From: an uncultured Solirubrobacteraceae bacterium
GTDB lineage: Bacteria; Actinomycetota; Thermoleophilia; Solirubrobacterales; Solirubrobacteraceae
Direction: 5' to 3'
DNA length: 64,000 nt
Assembly (NCBI GenBank): GCA_963766165.1
Contig: CAVXZC010000012.1
Location: forward strand, 594,607-658,606
Shown here piece after piece: positions 47,316-58,672 of the stretch. Within the stretch, counting starts at the first letter, position 1; each line of letters starts with the position of its first letter. Below the pieces are notes generated by a model. That model saw only the letters and a program-made list of their open reading frames with translations. It was not told the origin of the DNA and did no database searches. The position numbers and the translations under genes were made by a program.

Positions 47316-47916
47316 CGCGCAGGTAGACGACCTGGCCGAGGTCGACCAGCACGGCGCCGTCCGCGACCTCGACCTCCTGCCAGCGCTCGCGGCCTTCGCG
47401 GATGGTCTGGCGCAGCGTGCTCAGGACGTCCTCGGACATGCGCAGCGACAGCACCTGGCCGCCCTGGAAGCCGAGGGCGGCGCGGCGGACAGGAGCAGGA
47501 CTCACGCAGTGGACCTCCACAGGCTGGACGAGCTCGGTCAAGACACCGCCGGCGGTCTCCGGGTGCAGGAACGCGACCTGCGTGCCGCGGATGCCGGTGC
47601 GCGGCGCCTCGTCGATCAGCCGCAGGCCGGCCGCCCGGGCGGCGTGCAGCGCGGCCTCGACGTCGGCCACCTGGTAGGCGACGTGGTGCAGGCCCGGGCC
47701 GCGGGCGGCGAGGAAACGGCCGACGGGCGTGTCCTCGGACAGCGGCCGCAGCAGCTCGACGTGGCTCTCGCCCACGTCCAGCAGCGCGGCCTCGACGCCC
47801 TGCTCCGCGATCGTCTCGCGGTGCACGAGCGGCATCCCGTACGGGCCGGTGTGGAGCTCGATCGCCGCCTCGAGGTCGGCGACCGCGACCCCGATGTGGT
47901 CGATGCGGCCGAACAC
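47284..47916 (-). CDS. VOC-family protein, methylmalonyl-CoA epimerase-like N-terminal domain with about 80-aa C-terminal extension
   Basis: MFGRIDHIGVAVADLEAAIELH...GLHHVAYQV...GGVLTELVQP. Confidence 0.75.
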   Translation of the reverse strand: MFGRIDHIGVAVADLEAAIELHTGPYGMPLVHRETIAEQGVEAALLDVGESHVELLRPLSEDTPVGRFLAARGPGLHHVAYQVADVEAALHAARAAGLRLIDEAPRTGIRGTQVAFLHPETAGGVLTELVQPVEVHCVSPAPVRRAALGFQGGQVLSLRMSEDVLSTLRQTIREGRERWQEVEVADGAVLVDLGQVVYLRVESDEHRVGF

Positions 47917-47926
47917 CCGCCCGAGT

Positions 47927-49624
47927 CTAGACGCGCTGCAGGGCGGGGCGCCGGGCGGGCGCGTCCGCTACGCGCGGGCGCAGCGCGCCGGCCGCCACGT
48001 GGGCGAGCAGCTCGAGCAGCTCGACGTCCTCGGCCGGCGGGCGCCGGTTGGCCCGGTCGGCCAGGACGATCAGGCCGAGGCGCTCGCCGCCGGCGCGCAG
48101 CGGCAGCACGATCAGCGAGCCGGCGCCGGCCCGGCGCAGCACCTCGTGGCCGGCGTAGCCGCGACCGGCGACGTCCCCGAGCGTGTAGCAAGACGTGCCC
48201 TCGTGGACCCAGGCGCCCATCGCCGACAGCTCCTCCGCGGACAGCTGGCTGAACGCGATCCCGAACGTGCCCTCGGCCAGCCGGGGGTACAGCTCGCCGT
48301 ATCCGTTGGCCAGCGCGACCAGGCCGGACTCGCAGCCCGACAGGTCGAGCGCCGCGGCGAGCGTCTCGCGCACGGCCTCGGCCGGCTCGTCGACGGCGGC
48401 GAGCCGCGCGGCCGTACGGGCCAGGCGCTGCGCCGGCGAGGCGGCGACCAGCGCGCCCACGTCGTCGAGCCGTCCGGACAGGGCGGCGGCGGTGCGCTCG
48501 AGCTCGGCCAGCGTGGCGTCGTCGAGCGGGACGAGCGACTCGGCCGCGAGCACGCCGACCGCGCCGAGCGGCAGGCAGGCGCGGGTGCGCACGCCGGGCA
48601 CGGAGGCGGCGTCCTCGGCCACGATGCGCTCGCCCGTGCCGAACGCCCGCCCGACGTCGCCGGCGCTGGCCGGGACGCCGTCGCGGACCTGCCAGAAGCC
48701 GCGCGCGGCCTGGCAGCGCAGGACGCCGCCCTGGGCGAGGTAGACCGCCGGCAGCAGCCCGCGCCGGGCGAGGTGGTCGGCCGCGGCCTCGCAGGCCTCG
48801 CGGGCGGTGGCGGCACGGGCCAGCGCACGCTCGAAGCGGCCCGCGGCGGCGGCCGGCGGCGACGCGGCTTCATCGGCCACAGCGGCGGCGGCTGCGCACC
48901 GGCGGGACGGCGCGGGATCCTGCGGCCAGGGCGCGGACGGGCGGCCGAACAGCCAGCCCTGGCCGTACTCGATCTCCACGTCGCGACACACCTCGAGCTC
49001 CTCGGGACGCTCGACGCCCTCGGCGACGACGCGGGCGCCCACCTCGCGGGCGAACGCGGCGGTGGCGCGCAGGACGGCCTCACGGCTCGTGTCGCCGTCG
49101 ACGCCGGCCACCATTCCGCGGCACAGCTTGAGGAAGTCCGGGCGGATGTCGGCCACGTACTCGAGCGACGTGAACCCGGCCCCCGCATCGTCGACCGCGA
49201 CGAGCGCGCCGCGGGCGATCCACGGCCGCAGCCGCTCGCGCAGCAGCCCGTGGTTGAGGACGGCGTCCTGCTCGGTCAGCTCGATCACGAGCCGCGACGG
49301 CAGCCGGCCGGCCACCTCGAGCAGGCCCGGGTGGGCGAGCGCCTCGGGCGAGAGGTTGACCCACAGCATCCGGCCCGCGGGGGGCACGCCGGCGGCGGCG
49401 ATGGCCGACCAGCACGCCACCTCGAGGTCGTCGCGCAGGCCGCTGCGCCCCGCCGCGGCGAGGATGACGTCGGGCGGCAGCGCGATCAGCCCTGGCGGCG
49501 TGGGGAACCGTGCCAGACCCTCATAGCCGATCGGGACGAGGTCCGCGAGGCGGACGATCGGCTGGAAGACCGCACGGATCGCCCCAGGCGCCAGCAGCGC
49601 ACGGAAGTCGTCGGCACGATCCAT
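47927..49624 (-). CDS. Signalling protein with N-terminal EAL (c-di-GMP phosphodiesterase) domain followed by GAF-like domain(s)
   Basis: EAL-domain blocks (YEGLARF in place of EALxR, ELTE, DDAG, KLxR, EGVE...Q). C-terminal GAF-like regions. 565 aa single frame. Confidence 0.8.
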   Translation of the reverse strand: MDRADDFRALLAPGAIRAVFQPIVRLADLVPIGYEGLARFPTPPGLIALPPDVILAAAGRSGLRDDLEVACWSAIAAAGVPPAGRMLWVNLSPEALAHPGLLEVAGRLPSRLVIELTEQDAVLNHGLLRERLRPWIARGALVAVDDAGAGFTSLEYVADIRPDFLKLCRGMVAGVDGDTSREAVLRATAAFAREVGARVVAEGVERPEELEVCRDVEIEYGQGWLFGRPSAPWPQDPAPSRRCAAAAAVADEAASPPAAAAGRFERALARAATAREACEAAADHLARRGLLPAVYLAQGGVLRCQAARGFWQVRDGVPASAGDVGRAFGTGERIVAEDAASVPGVRTRACLPLGAVGVLAAESLVPLDDATLAELERTAAALSGRLDDVGALVAASPAQRLARTAARLAAVDEPAEAVRETLAAALDLSGCESGLVALANGYGELYPRLAEGTFGIAFSQLSAEELSAMGAWVHEGTSCYTLGDVAGRGYAGHEVLRRAGAGSLIVLPLRAGGERLGLIVLADRANRRPPAEDVELLELLAHVAAGALRPRVADAPARRPALQRV

Positions 49625-49666
49625 TTCCTTCCGGGTGATCGGCCGGCGGCGGCGGCGCTTGAGTGA

Positions 49667-51171
<1,505 letters not shown>

Positions 51172-51193
51172 TCGGACGCCCAGTATCGCGGCG

Positions 51194-51976
51194 TCAGCCT
51201 GGGGTTGGAGACCCCGTTCTCGACCCGCAGGATCTCGGCAGGGCGGCGCGGCCGACCTCGAGCTGGTCCTCGTCGGGCTCGCGCGTGCCGAAGAGCCGCT
51301 GGATCTCGTAGCCCGGGCGCTTGAGGGCGCGGGCGGCGGGCGAGTCCGGCGTGGCGCTCGGTCCAGGCGAACACCTCGACGCGCCGCGGCCGACCGACGC
51401 CAGCGAGACCGCGCCCGTGGCCAGCGGCGCCGGGCCGCTCGAGCACCCGCTTGCAGCAGCGACCGCGCCGGCGAGGTTGGCGACGAGCATCGGCGCCATC
51501 AGGTGCGAGCCGCAGCGGTCGTGCTCCTTCGGCGCGTCGGCCGCGTCCGTCGGCGCCGGCTCGTAGGCGCCGATCGCCTTGTGCTCGACGCCGTGGTAGG
51601 CGGCCAGCTCGCCGTCGCGCAGCGCGAACAGCGCCGGGGCCAGCGAGACGACTGCGAGCGCCGGCCTCGCCGGCCACGCCGCGCGTGCGCCGAGCAGCCG
51701 GCCCGCGAGCGCCGGCCGCGGCGCGACGCCCATCGCACCGCACGGCGAGTCCTCGAACGGCAGGCGCGCCTCCGGCAGCGCGCGCCTGACGAGCGGGATG
51801 ACCGCGAACGCCTCGGCCAGCCGGAGCGAGGCCGCGCACGCCAGCGGCACGCGCGTCGAGCGGCCTCGCAGGCGCGGCTTGGGGCCCGAGGCGACTTCAC
51901 GGTGCCGTCGCGGCGCGCGCACGGCCGCCGCCCAGTGCGTCGGGCCGTGGACGAGCAGGCCGTTGCGCAGCGCCAT
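51194..51976 (-). CDS. DUF1385-family (YqhQ-like) protein; N-terminus possibly frameshifted
   Basis: LRLGGMALRNGLLVHGPTHWAAAVR...HGVEHKAIGAYE...KEHDRCGSHLM. Confidence 0.65.
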   Translation of the reverse strand: MALRNGLLVHGPTHWAAAVRAPRRHREVASGPKPRLRGRSTRVPLACAASLRLAEAFAVIPLVRRALPEARLPFEDSPCGAMGVAPRPALAGRLLGARAAWPARPALAVVSLAPALFALRDGELAAYHGVEHKAIGAYEPAPTDAADAPKEHDRCGSHLMAPMLVANLAGAVAAASGCSSGPAPLATGAVSLASVGRGASRCSPGPSATPDSPAARALKRPGYEIQRLFGTREPDEDQLEVGRAALPRSCGSRTGSPTPG

Positions 51977-51999
51977 CCCGCCGAGGCGCAGCTTGTCCT

Positions 52000-53415
52000 T
52001 CGGGCACCGGCATCAGTCGAGCAGCCTCCTCGGACGAGGTCGTGGATAGAAGCGCGCCGCGAACCCGAGGTCGCGCACGTCGATGCGCTCGTCGGCGCTG
52101 TGCATCGAGCGGCGACGTCTCGTAGCAGCGTCTGGTGGCGCTGGGGGAAGAAGCCGTAGGCCGACGCAGTCCGGGAAGCGCGTCGCGGAACCAGCGGCTG
52201 TCGGTGAACCCGGCAGGACGATCGGCACCAGGCTCGCGCCCGGGTCGTGCTCGGCGATCCAGCCGCGCGATCGCCGTCCATGAGCGGCGAGTCGACCGGC
52301 GAGCGGTTGCCGACGACGTGCCTCCGGTGAACTCGACGCTCGCAGCCCCGTCCGCGTCCGCCGAGCACCTCGCTGCGATCGCCGCGGCTGAGCGCGACGT
52401 CCTCCTCCATGCCCGGGCGGCACGCGGCAGTCGACGCGCGAGCTCCGCGCGCGACGGGATCACGTTGATCTTCTCCGAGGCGACAGATGCGCGTCGGCGC
52501 GAGCGTGACGCCGAGCATCGGCTCGACGAGCGACGCGCCAGGCGCGGGCTCCGCGCTCGCGCACGCGCGTCGAGCGCCGCCGCGGGGTCGCGCGTCGATC
52601 GTCCAGGCCGAGCGCGGCCAGCGCGCGCGCGGCGTCTCGGTCAGGTCGTAGCGCCGGCGGCGCTCGCCGAGCGCCCGCACGAAGCGGCGCCAGCTTGAGC
52701 AGCGCGTTGTCGCCGAGCGCCGGCATCGAGGCGTGGCCGGCGCCGGCCGTCGGTGCGCACGCGGGAAGCGGAAGACGCCCTTCTCGGCGACGCACACGCC
52801 GTAGAGGCGCCGCCCGTCGAACGGGAAGACCGCGCCGCCGCCCTCGTTGAGCAGCGTAGTCGCACCGCGACGCGTCCGGGTGCTCCTCGGTCGAGCCACT
52901 GCGCGCCCTCGCCGCCGCCCGTCTCCTCGTCGGCCGACGCGACGACGAGCAGCTCGCCGTGCGCCGGGCGCCAGCCCGCGCGCGCGCCAGGGCCAGCCGG
53001 CGGCGCGCCACCTCGGCCGCCGTCTGGGACTTCATGTCCATGCGCGCCGCGGCCCCAGAGCTCGCCGTCCACGACGTCGCCCGACCCACGGGTCGAAGCT
53101 CCACTCCGACGGCGTCGGCGAGCACCGTGTCGACGTGGCGAGAGCAGGCACAGGGTCGGCCCGGGCTCGCCTCGCCGCGCAGGCGCGCGACGAGGTTCGG
53201 GCGCTCCGGCTCGTGCGGCCGAGCAGCTCGCACGTCGAAGCCGGCGTCGCGTCGAGCATGCCGGCGAGCTGCTCCTGGGCCGGCCGCTCGTTGCCCGGCG
53301 GGTTGACGGTGTTGAAGCGGACGAGCCGCTGCAGCAGCTCGGCGGTCTCGCGCCTCGGAGGTCCGTCGGCCATCGCGCCCATGGCTACGGCGCGGCTAGT
53401 CGGGCCGTCGCTCAC
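52000..53415 (-). pseudogene. Peptidase M20 family (ArgE/DapE/CPG2-like); at least 4 frameshifts
   Basis: LLQRLVRFNTVNPPGNE, PNLVARLRGE...SHVDTV, GELWGRGA, SADEETGG, HASMPALGDNALLKLAPL in four different frames. Confidence 0.65.
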
Positions 53416-53443
53416 CGGCGACGCGCGTCAGGACTGTGGATCC

Positions 53444-54774
53444 ATGAGCGCGCTGTTCGACACCGGCGAGCCGAGCCGCGGCCGCGCGCCGGCCGCCGCC
53501 GAGCGACGCGCCGCTGGCCGCGCGGATGCGGCCGCGCATCGCTCGACGAGCTCGTGGGCCAGGAGCACCTGCTCGGCCGAGGGCTCGGCGCTGCGCAGCG
53601 GCGATCGAGCCGGGCGAGCCGCACTCGATGATCCTCTACGGCCCGCCCGGGCTCGGGCAAGACGACGCTGGCGCGGATCATGGCCGCGCCGCCGACGCGG
53701 CGTTCGAGGAGCTGTCGGCGCGTCGAGGCCGGCCGGGCCGAGGTGCGCGAGGTGATCGAGCGCGCGCGGGAGCGCCGCCGCGCCGGCCGCCAGCCGACGA
53801 TCTTCTTCCTCGACGAGATCCACCGCTTCAACAAGGCCCAGCAGGACGCGCTGCTGCCGGCGGTCGAGGAGGGGCTCGTCGACGCTGATCGGCGCGACGA
53901 CCGAGAACCCGTACTTCGAGGTCAACTCCGCGCTGCTCTCGCGCGCGCAGATCTACGAGCTGCAGCGCGCTGACTGGCCGCGGACATCGCCGGCTCGTTC
54001 TGCGGCGCGCGCTGGAGGACGCGTCGGCGCCGACGCCGTCCGACGAGGCGGTCGAGTTCCTGGCCGCGCGCTCCGGCGGCGACGCGCGCACGGCGCTGCG
54101 ACGCGCTCGAGCTCGCGGTCGAGACGGCCGCCCGGACCGGCCGGCCGGTCGACGCTGAGCCGACGCCGAGGACGCCATGCAGCGCAAGGCGCTGCGCTAC
54201 GACAAGGCCGGCGACCAGCACTACGACTACATCTCGGCCTGGATCAAGTCGACGCGCGGCTCGGACCCGGACGCGTCGCTCTACTACCTGGCGGCGATGC
54301 TCGAGGGCGGCGAGGACCCGCGCTTCATCGCCCGGCGGATGGTCGATCCTGGCCTCCGAGGACATCGGCAACGCCGACCCGCGGGCGCTGCAGATCGCGG
54401 TGGCCGCCGCGCACGCGGTCGAGCACGTCGGGATGCCGGAGTGCACGTTCGCGCTCGCCCAGGCCGCGATCTACCTGTCGCTGGCGCCGAAGTCCGAACG
54501 CGGCCGGCCACGCGCTCGGCGCCGCGCGCGGGCACATCCGCGAGCACGGCGCCCAGCTGCCGCCCGCCGCGCTGCGCTCGGCCGCCTACCCGGGCGCGCG
54601 CTAGCTGGGCCGCGGCGGCGGCTACGACTACCCGCACGACGATCCCGGCCACGTCAACGACCAGGAGCACCTGCCGCCGGCCGTGGTCGACGAGCGCTTC
54701 TACGACCCCGGCGACGGCGAGCCGGCGCTGCGGGAGCGGCTGGCGGAGATCCGGCGGGCGCGCGGCCGTGGATG
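53444..54774 (+). pseudogene. rarA: Recombination factor RarA/MgsA (AAA+ ATPase); several frameshifts plus an in-frame TAG at 54601-54603
   Basis: [47 protein letters not shown], MgsA_C blocks [22 protein letters not shown] and [20 protein letters not shown]. Confidence 0.75.
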
Positions 54775-56078
54775 AGCACCCGCCCGGCCCGGCGCTCGCC
54801 GAGGCGGTGGAGGCCGGGCGCGCGGCGCAGCCGCTGTGGTCGCTCGTACCGGCGGCGGCGCGGGCGCGGTACGTGCGGCGCGCGGCCGTGGCGATGCTCG
54901 ACGAGCTGGACGACCTCGCGCCGCGGCTGGCCGGCGAGACGGGCTGGCCGCGGGCGCAGCTCGTGGTCTCGGAGCTGCTCCCGGCGGTGCGCGGCCTGCG
55001 CGCGCTGGCCGAGGACGGCCCCGGCGCGCTGGCCGAGCGGCGGCTGTCGCCGCGCCGGACCGCGCTGGCCGGACGCAGCGTGCGGCTGGTCTCCGCGCCG
55101 GCCGGCGTGATCGGGGTGCGGGGACCGACCGCCTCCCCCTGGGCCGAGCCCGCGCTGGAGGCCGCGGCCGCGCTGCTCGGCGGCAACGCGGTGCTGCTGG
55201 CCGGCGCAACGCCGCTCGCGGCGCAGCGCCTGCGCGCGATCTTCCTGCGCGCCGGGCTGCCCGGCGAGCTGCTCGCGTTCGTCGCGCCCGGCGGGCTGGA
55301 GGCGGTGTGCGACCGCGTGATCGACCTGGCCCCCTCCACCCGGCGCGGGCTGGTGCTGGTGCTGCCCGGCGCGCCCCGCCGGCGGGTGGTCGAGGCGGCC
55401 CTGTGGGCGGCGTTCGCCCGCCATTCCGCCGCCGCCGGCCGGCTCGTGGTCACGGGCACGGCGGCGGACGGGCTCGTCGCCGACCTCGCGGCGGGCGCCG
55501 CCCGGCTGCGCATCGGCGACCCGCGCGACCCGGCGACGGAGATCGGCCCGCTCGACTCGGAGGACGCGCTCGCCGACGTCGCGGCGGCCGTGGCCGGCGC
55601 GGACGCGCACGGCGGCGGCCGGGCCGACGGCCTCGACGGCCCGTACTGGCGGCCGACGGTGGTGGCCGGCGTGCGCTCCGGCGACCCGCTGTTCACCGCG
55701 CCGCCGCCCGGTCCGGTCCTGGCGGTGCACGAGGCCGGCAGCGTCGAGCGGGCGATCGCGGTCGCCGCCGGCGCCGCCTCGGTGTCGGTGTGGGCGCGCG
55801 ACCGCGACCAGGGCGAGCGCGTCGCCCGGCGGCTCGCCGCGCCGCTGACCTGGGTCGGCCGCCACGGCGAGGCGGCGCCCGGGGTCCCGGTCCGGCTCGC
55901 CCGCCACACCGTGCCGCGCCAGCTCGAGTCACGCACCAGCTGGGCGCCGGGCGCACCCCGCCTGGCCGCCGGCCCCCGCACCGTCGCCTCGCTCACCGCG
56001 CTGGCCGAGCTGCGGCACGGCCGCGAGTCGCGTCGCTGGGCCGCGCTGCGCACGCTGCTGCGCACCGCCCGGGATTGA
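54768..56078 (+). CDS. Aldehyde dehydrogenase-family protein lacking the canonical catalytic Cys/Glu motifs (possible pseudoenzyme)
   Basis: 437-codon single frame. GTG start overlaps the rarA stop (GTGGATGA). ALDH-like N-terminal and C-terminal blocks, but HSAAAGR where GQxCxAxxR is expected and VLPGAP where ELGG is expected (my manual alignment). Confidence 0.55.
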   Translation: MDEHPPGPALAEAVEAGRAAQPLWSLVPAAARARYVRRAAVAMLDELDDLAPRLAGETGWPRAQLVVSELLPAVRGLRALAEDGPGALAERRLSPRRTALAGRSVRLVSAPAGVIGVRGPTASPWAEPALEAAAALLGGNAVLLAGATPLAAQRLRAIFLRAGLPGELLAFVAPGGLEAVCDRVIDLAPSTRRGLVLVLPGAPRRRVVEAALWAAFARHSAAAGRLVVTGTAADGLVADLAAGAARLRIGDPRDPATEIGPLDSEDALADVAAAVAGADAHGGGRADGLDGPYWRPTVVAGVRSGDPLFTAPPPGPVLAVHEAGSVERAIAVAAGAASVSVWARDRDQGERVARRLAAPLTWVGRHGEAAPGVPVRLARHTVPRQLESRTSWAPGAPRLAAGPRTVASLTALAELRHGRESRRWAALRTLLRTARD

Positions 56079-56163
56079 GGCCCCGCCAGCTGTCGCATCC
56101 CGGACCGCCATCTCGCAACGGCGGGAGGGTGGCGGGCGGGCGGGCTCGCCCTAGTGTGGGCGG

Positions 56164-57324
56164 ATGGGTCCGAGCGCGGACGTCGTCGTGGTGGGCGCGG
56201 GGGTGGTGGGCGTGGCCTGCGCCTACCGGCTGGCCCAGGCCGGCGCGCGCGTGCGGCTGTGCGAGCGCTCCCACGTGGCCTCCGGCAGCTCCGGGGCGTG
56301 CGAGGGCAACGTGCTCGCCTGGGACAAGGAGCTCGAGCGCGAGCTGCCGCTGGCGCTGCGCTCGGCGCAATTGTGGGCCGAGCTGGCCGAGGAGCTGCCC
56401 GACGACTTCGAGTACGACCGCAAGGGCAGCGTCATCGTGGCGGAGACCGAGGCGGAGCTGCAGGCGGTGGCCGAGCGCGCACGCACGCTCGCGGCGCTCG
56501 GCGTGGCCGGCGAGGTGCTCGACGCCGCGGGCCTGCGCCGTGAGGAGCCCCACGTCGCGCCCGATCTGCCCGGCGGCGTGCTCCACCCCGGCGACGCCCA
56601 GCTCGAGCCCCGGCTCGCCACCGCCGCGCTGGCCCGTGCCGCGGCCGCCCGGGGCGCGGCGATCACGCTCGGCGAGCCGGTGCGGCGGATCGTCCGCGCC
56701 GGCGACGGGCGCGCCGTGGCCGTGGAGACCGCGACCTCCCGCATCGCCACGGGCGCCGTCGTCGTCGCCGCCGGCGTGTGGACGCCGGCGCTGCTCGAGA
56801 CCGCCGGGCTGAGCGTCCCCGTCACGCCCCGCAAGGGCCAGGTGGTCGTGCTCGAGCGCTCGCCCGTCCGCTTCCGCCGCAAGCTGAGCGAGGCGGGCTA
56901 CGTCGCGGCCGTGGAGGCGGACGAGGCCGAGTTGCAGGTGGCGATGGTGGTCGAGTCCACGCCGAGCGGCACCGCGCTGCTCGGCTCCAGCCGCCGGCAC
57001 GTGGGCTTCGACTGCGAGGTGGAGATCCCCGTGGCCGCCGCGATCGCCCGCCGGGCGGCGCGCTTCTTCCCCGTCCTGCGCGAGGCCCGCGCGCTGCGCG
57101 TGTACGCCGGGCTGCGCCCGCTGACGCCCGACCACGTGCCGATCGTCGGGCCGTTCGCCGCCGCGCCCAACGTCTGCGTGGCCACGGGCCACGAGGGCGC
57201 GGGGATCGGCCTCGCGCCGGCCAGCGCCGAGCTCGTGGCCGCCTGGTACACCGGCGCGCCGCCGCCGCTGCCGCTCGCCTGGTTCTCGCCGGACCGCTTC
57301 GCCCCGGTGGAGCTCGCCGCTTGA
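56164..57324 (+). CDS. FAD-dependent oxidoreductase of the DAO family (beta subunit of HcnC/LhpB/opine-oxidase type)
   Basis: VVVVGAGVVGVACAYRLAQAG dinucleotide fold; 386 aa. Confidence 0.85.
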   Translation: MGPSADVVVVGAGVVGVACAYRLAQAGARVRLCERSHVASGSSGACEGNVLAWDKELERELPLALRSAQLWAELAEELPDDFEYDRKGSVIVAETEAELQAVAERARTLAALGVAGEVLDAAGLRREEPHVAPDLPGGVLHPGDAQLEPRLATAALARAAAARGAAITLGEPVRRIVRAGDGRAVAVETATSRIATGAVVVAAGVWTPALLETAGLSVPVTPRKGQVVVLERSPVRFRRKLSEAGYVAAVEADEAELQVAMVVESTPSGTALLGSSRRHVGFDCEVEIPVAAAIARRAARFFPVLREARALRVYAGLRPLTPDHVPIVGPFAAAPNVCVATGHEGAGIGLAPASAELVAAWYTGAPPPLPLAWFSPDRFAPVELAA

Positions 57325-57563
57325 CCGAATTCACCGTCGACGGCGCGCCGCTGCACGCGCCCGCCGGCCAGAGCCTCGCCGCGGCGCTGCTGGCCGCCGG
57401 CCGCGCCGCTCTGCGCACGAGCCCCTCCGGCACGCCGCGCGGCGTCTACTGCGGGATCGGCGTCTGCCAGGAGTGCCGCGTCCACGTCGCGGGCCGTGGC
57501 GTCGTGCGCGCGTGCGTCACCCCGGTCAGCGCGGGGATGCGGGTGACGACGAATGTTCCGTGA
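57321..57563 (+). CDS. Small (2Fe-2S)-binding subunit (HcnA/LhpE-like)
   Basis: About 80 aa; TTG start overlapping the upstream TGA (TTGA); Cys cluster CGIGVCQECRVHV...ACV. Confidence 0.65.
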   Translation: MTEFTVDGAPLHAPAGQSLAAALLAAGRAALRTSPSGTPRGVYCGIGVCQECRVHVAGRGVVRACVTPVSAGMRVTTNVP

Positions 57564-58641
57564 GCGCCGAGTCCGGCCACTGGCGCAGCCACTTCTGCCA
57601 CGTGTCGTAGTGCTCGCGGCCGCGCTTCGTGGAGCGGTCGGCGAACCAGCGCCGGGGGCGCGTGAAGACGACCTCGCGCATGGCGATCTCCGCCGGCGCA
57701 CGCAGGCTGATCGTCGCGCGATAGGCGATCGTCCAGTCGAGCTGCCCGTCCCACAGCGCCTGCTCGCCCTGTGAGGCGGCGCGCCCGAAGTATTGGCCGA
57801 CCCCCTTCCAGCTCAGCCCGATCGCGGCCACGACGGTCGTCGCCCCGGCGGCCACCTTGTCGCTCAGGAACATGACGAGCAGGCCGCCGGCGAACAGGGC
57901 GAAGATGAACAGCGCGGGCAGCAGGAGCTCGCTGCGGAGCGCCCGCAGCGCGAAGTCGTGGAGCCGGGCCACGACCTGCTCGGCCGTCCCGATGTAGTCG
58001 CTGAGGCGCAGCAGGTCCGTCGCGCCGACGTCGCCGGAGAGGACCGCGCGCCACACGCCGCCCTGCTGGCGCAGCTTCTCCGGGTCGAACCGGTCCGCGT
58101 GGCGGGCGAGTTGCTCCTCCCACAGCGTCAGCGAGTTGATGACGGCGTGCGCGGCGTGCGGCGGCAGCTTGCTCGCCAGCGCGATCAGCGGCAGCTTGAC
58201 CCTGGGGATCGCGGCCGGGAGATCGCTGCCCGCCGTCCCCGCGCACAGAGCCTCGAGATGGGTGCCGAGCGTGAACGCGATCCCATGGAACTGGTCGCCG
58301 GTGTAGAGCCGCTGGAGCAGCGCCAGCCGGCAGTCGTCGACCGCCTGCGCCGTGGGCGGCGCCGCCGCGCCCAGGTCGGGCAGCGGGTCGCTGCCCACCA
58401 GGCCCTGCGCCGCGCCGGCGATCTGTCCCTTGAGCACCGTCCAGCGGACGCCGCCGTCGTCGAGCCCCGGGTCGTCGTCCGGCCAGGGCACGTGCGCGCC
58501 CTGCGTCGCCCAGTCATGGGCGAGCCCGATCCGCCACCCGAGCAGGAAGGCCGCGGAGATCTTCGGATCGCCCACGTCCGGCGCCCAGTGCGTCGCCGCC
58601 TGCGCGAAGTCGTTCAGCCCCGTCTCGGGCGTGTCCGCCAC
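57526..58641 (-). CDS. Hypothetical 371-aa protein with one central TM helix; unknown function
   Basis: Strong GC3 bias; LLLPALFIFALFAGGLLVMFL; sits between the small (2Fe-2S) subunit and alpha-subunit genes. Confidence 0.5.
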   Translation of the reverse strand: MADTPETGLNDFAQAATHWAPDVGDPKISAAFLLGWRIGLAHDWATQGAHVPWPDDDPGLDDGGVRWTVLKGQIAGAAQGLVGSDPLPDLGAAAPPTAQAVDDCRLALLQRLYTGDQFHGIAFTLGTHLEALCAGTAGSDLPAAIPRVKLPLIALASKLPPHAAHAVINSLTLWEEQLARHADRFDPEKLRQQGGVWRAVLSGDVGATDLLRLSDYIGTAEQVVARLHDFALRALRSELLLPALFIFALFAGGLLVMFLSDKVAAGATTVVAAIGLSWKGVGQYFGRAASQGEQALWDGQLDWTIAYRATISLRAPAEIAMREVVFTRPRRWFADRSTKRGREHYDTWQKWLRQWPDSALTEHSSSPASPR

Positions 58642-58672
58642 GCAGCGACACTTCCAGACGGCGCGGGACGAG

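Noticed and set aside
55993-57192. 399-aa minus-strand ORF
   Set aside because: Antisense to the DAO-family beta-subunit gene
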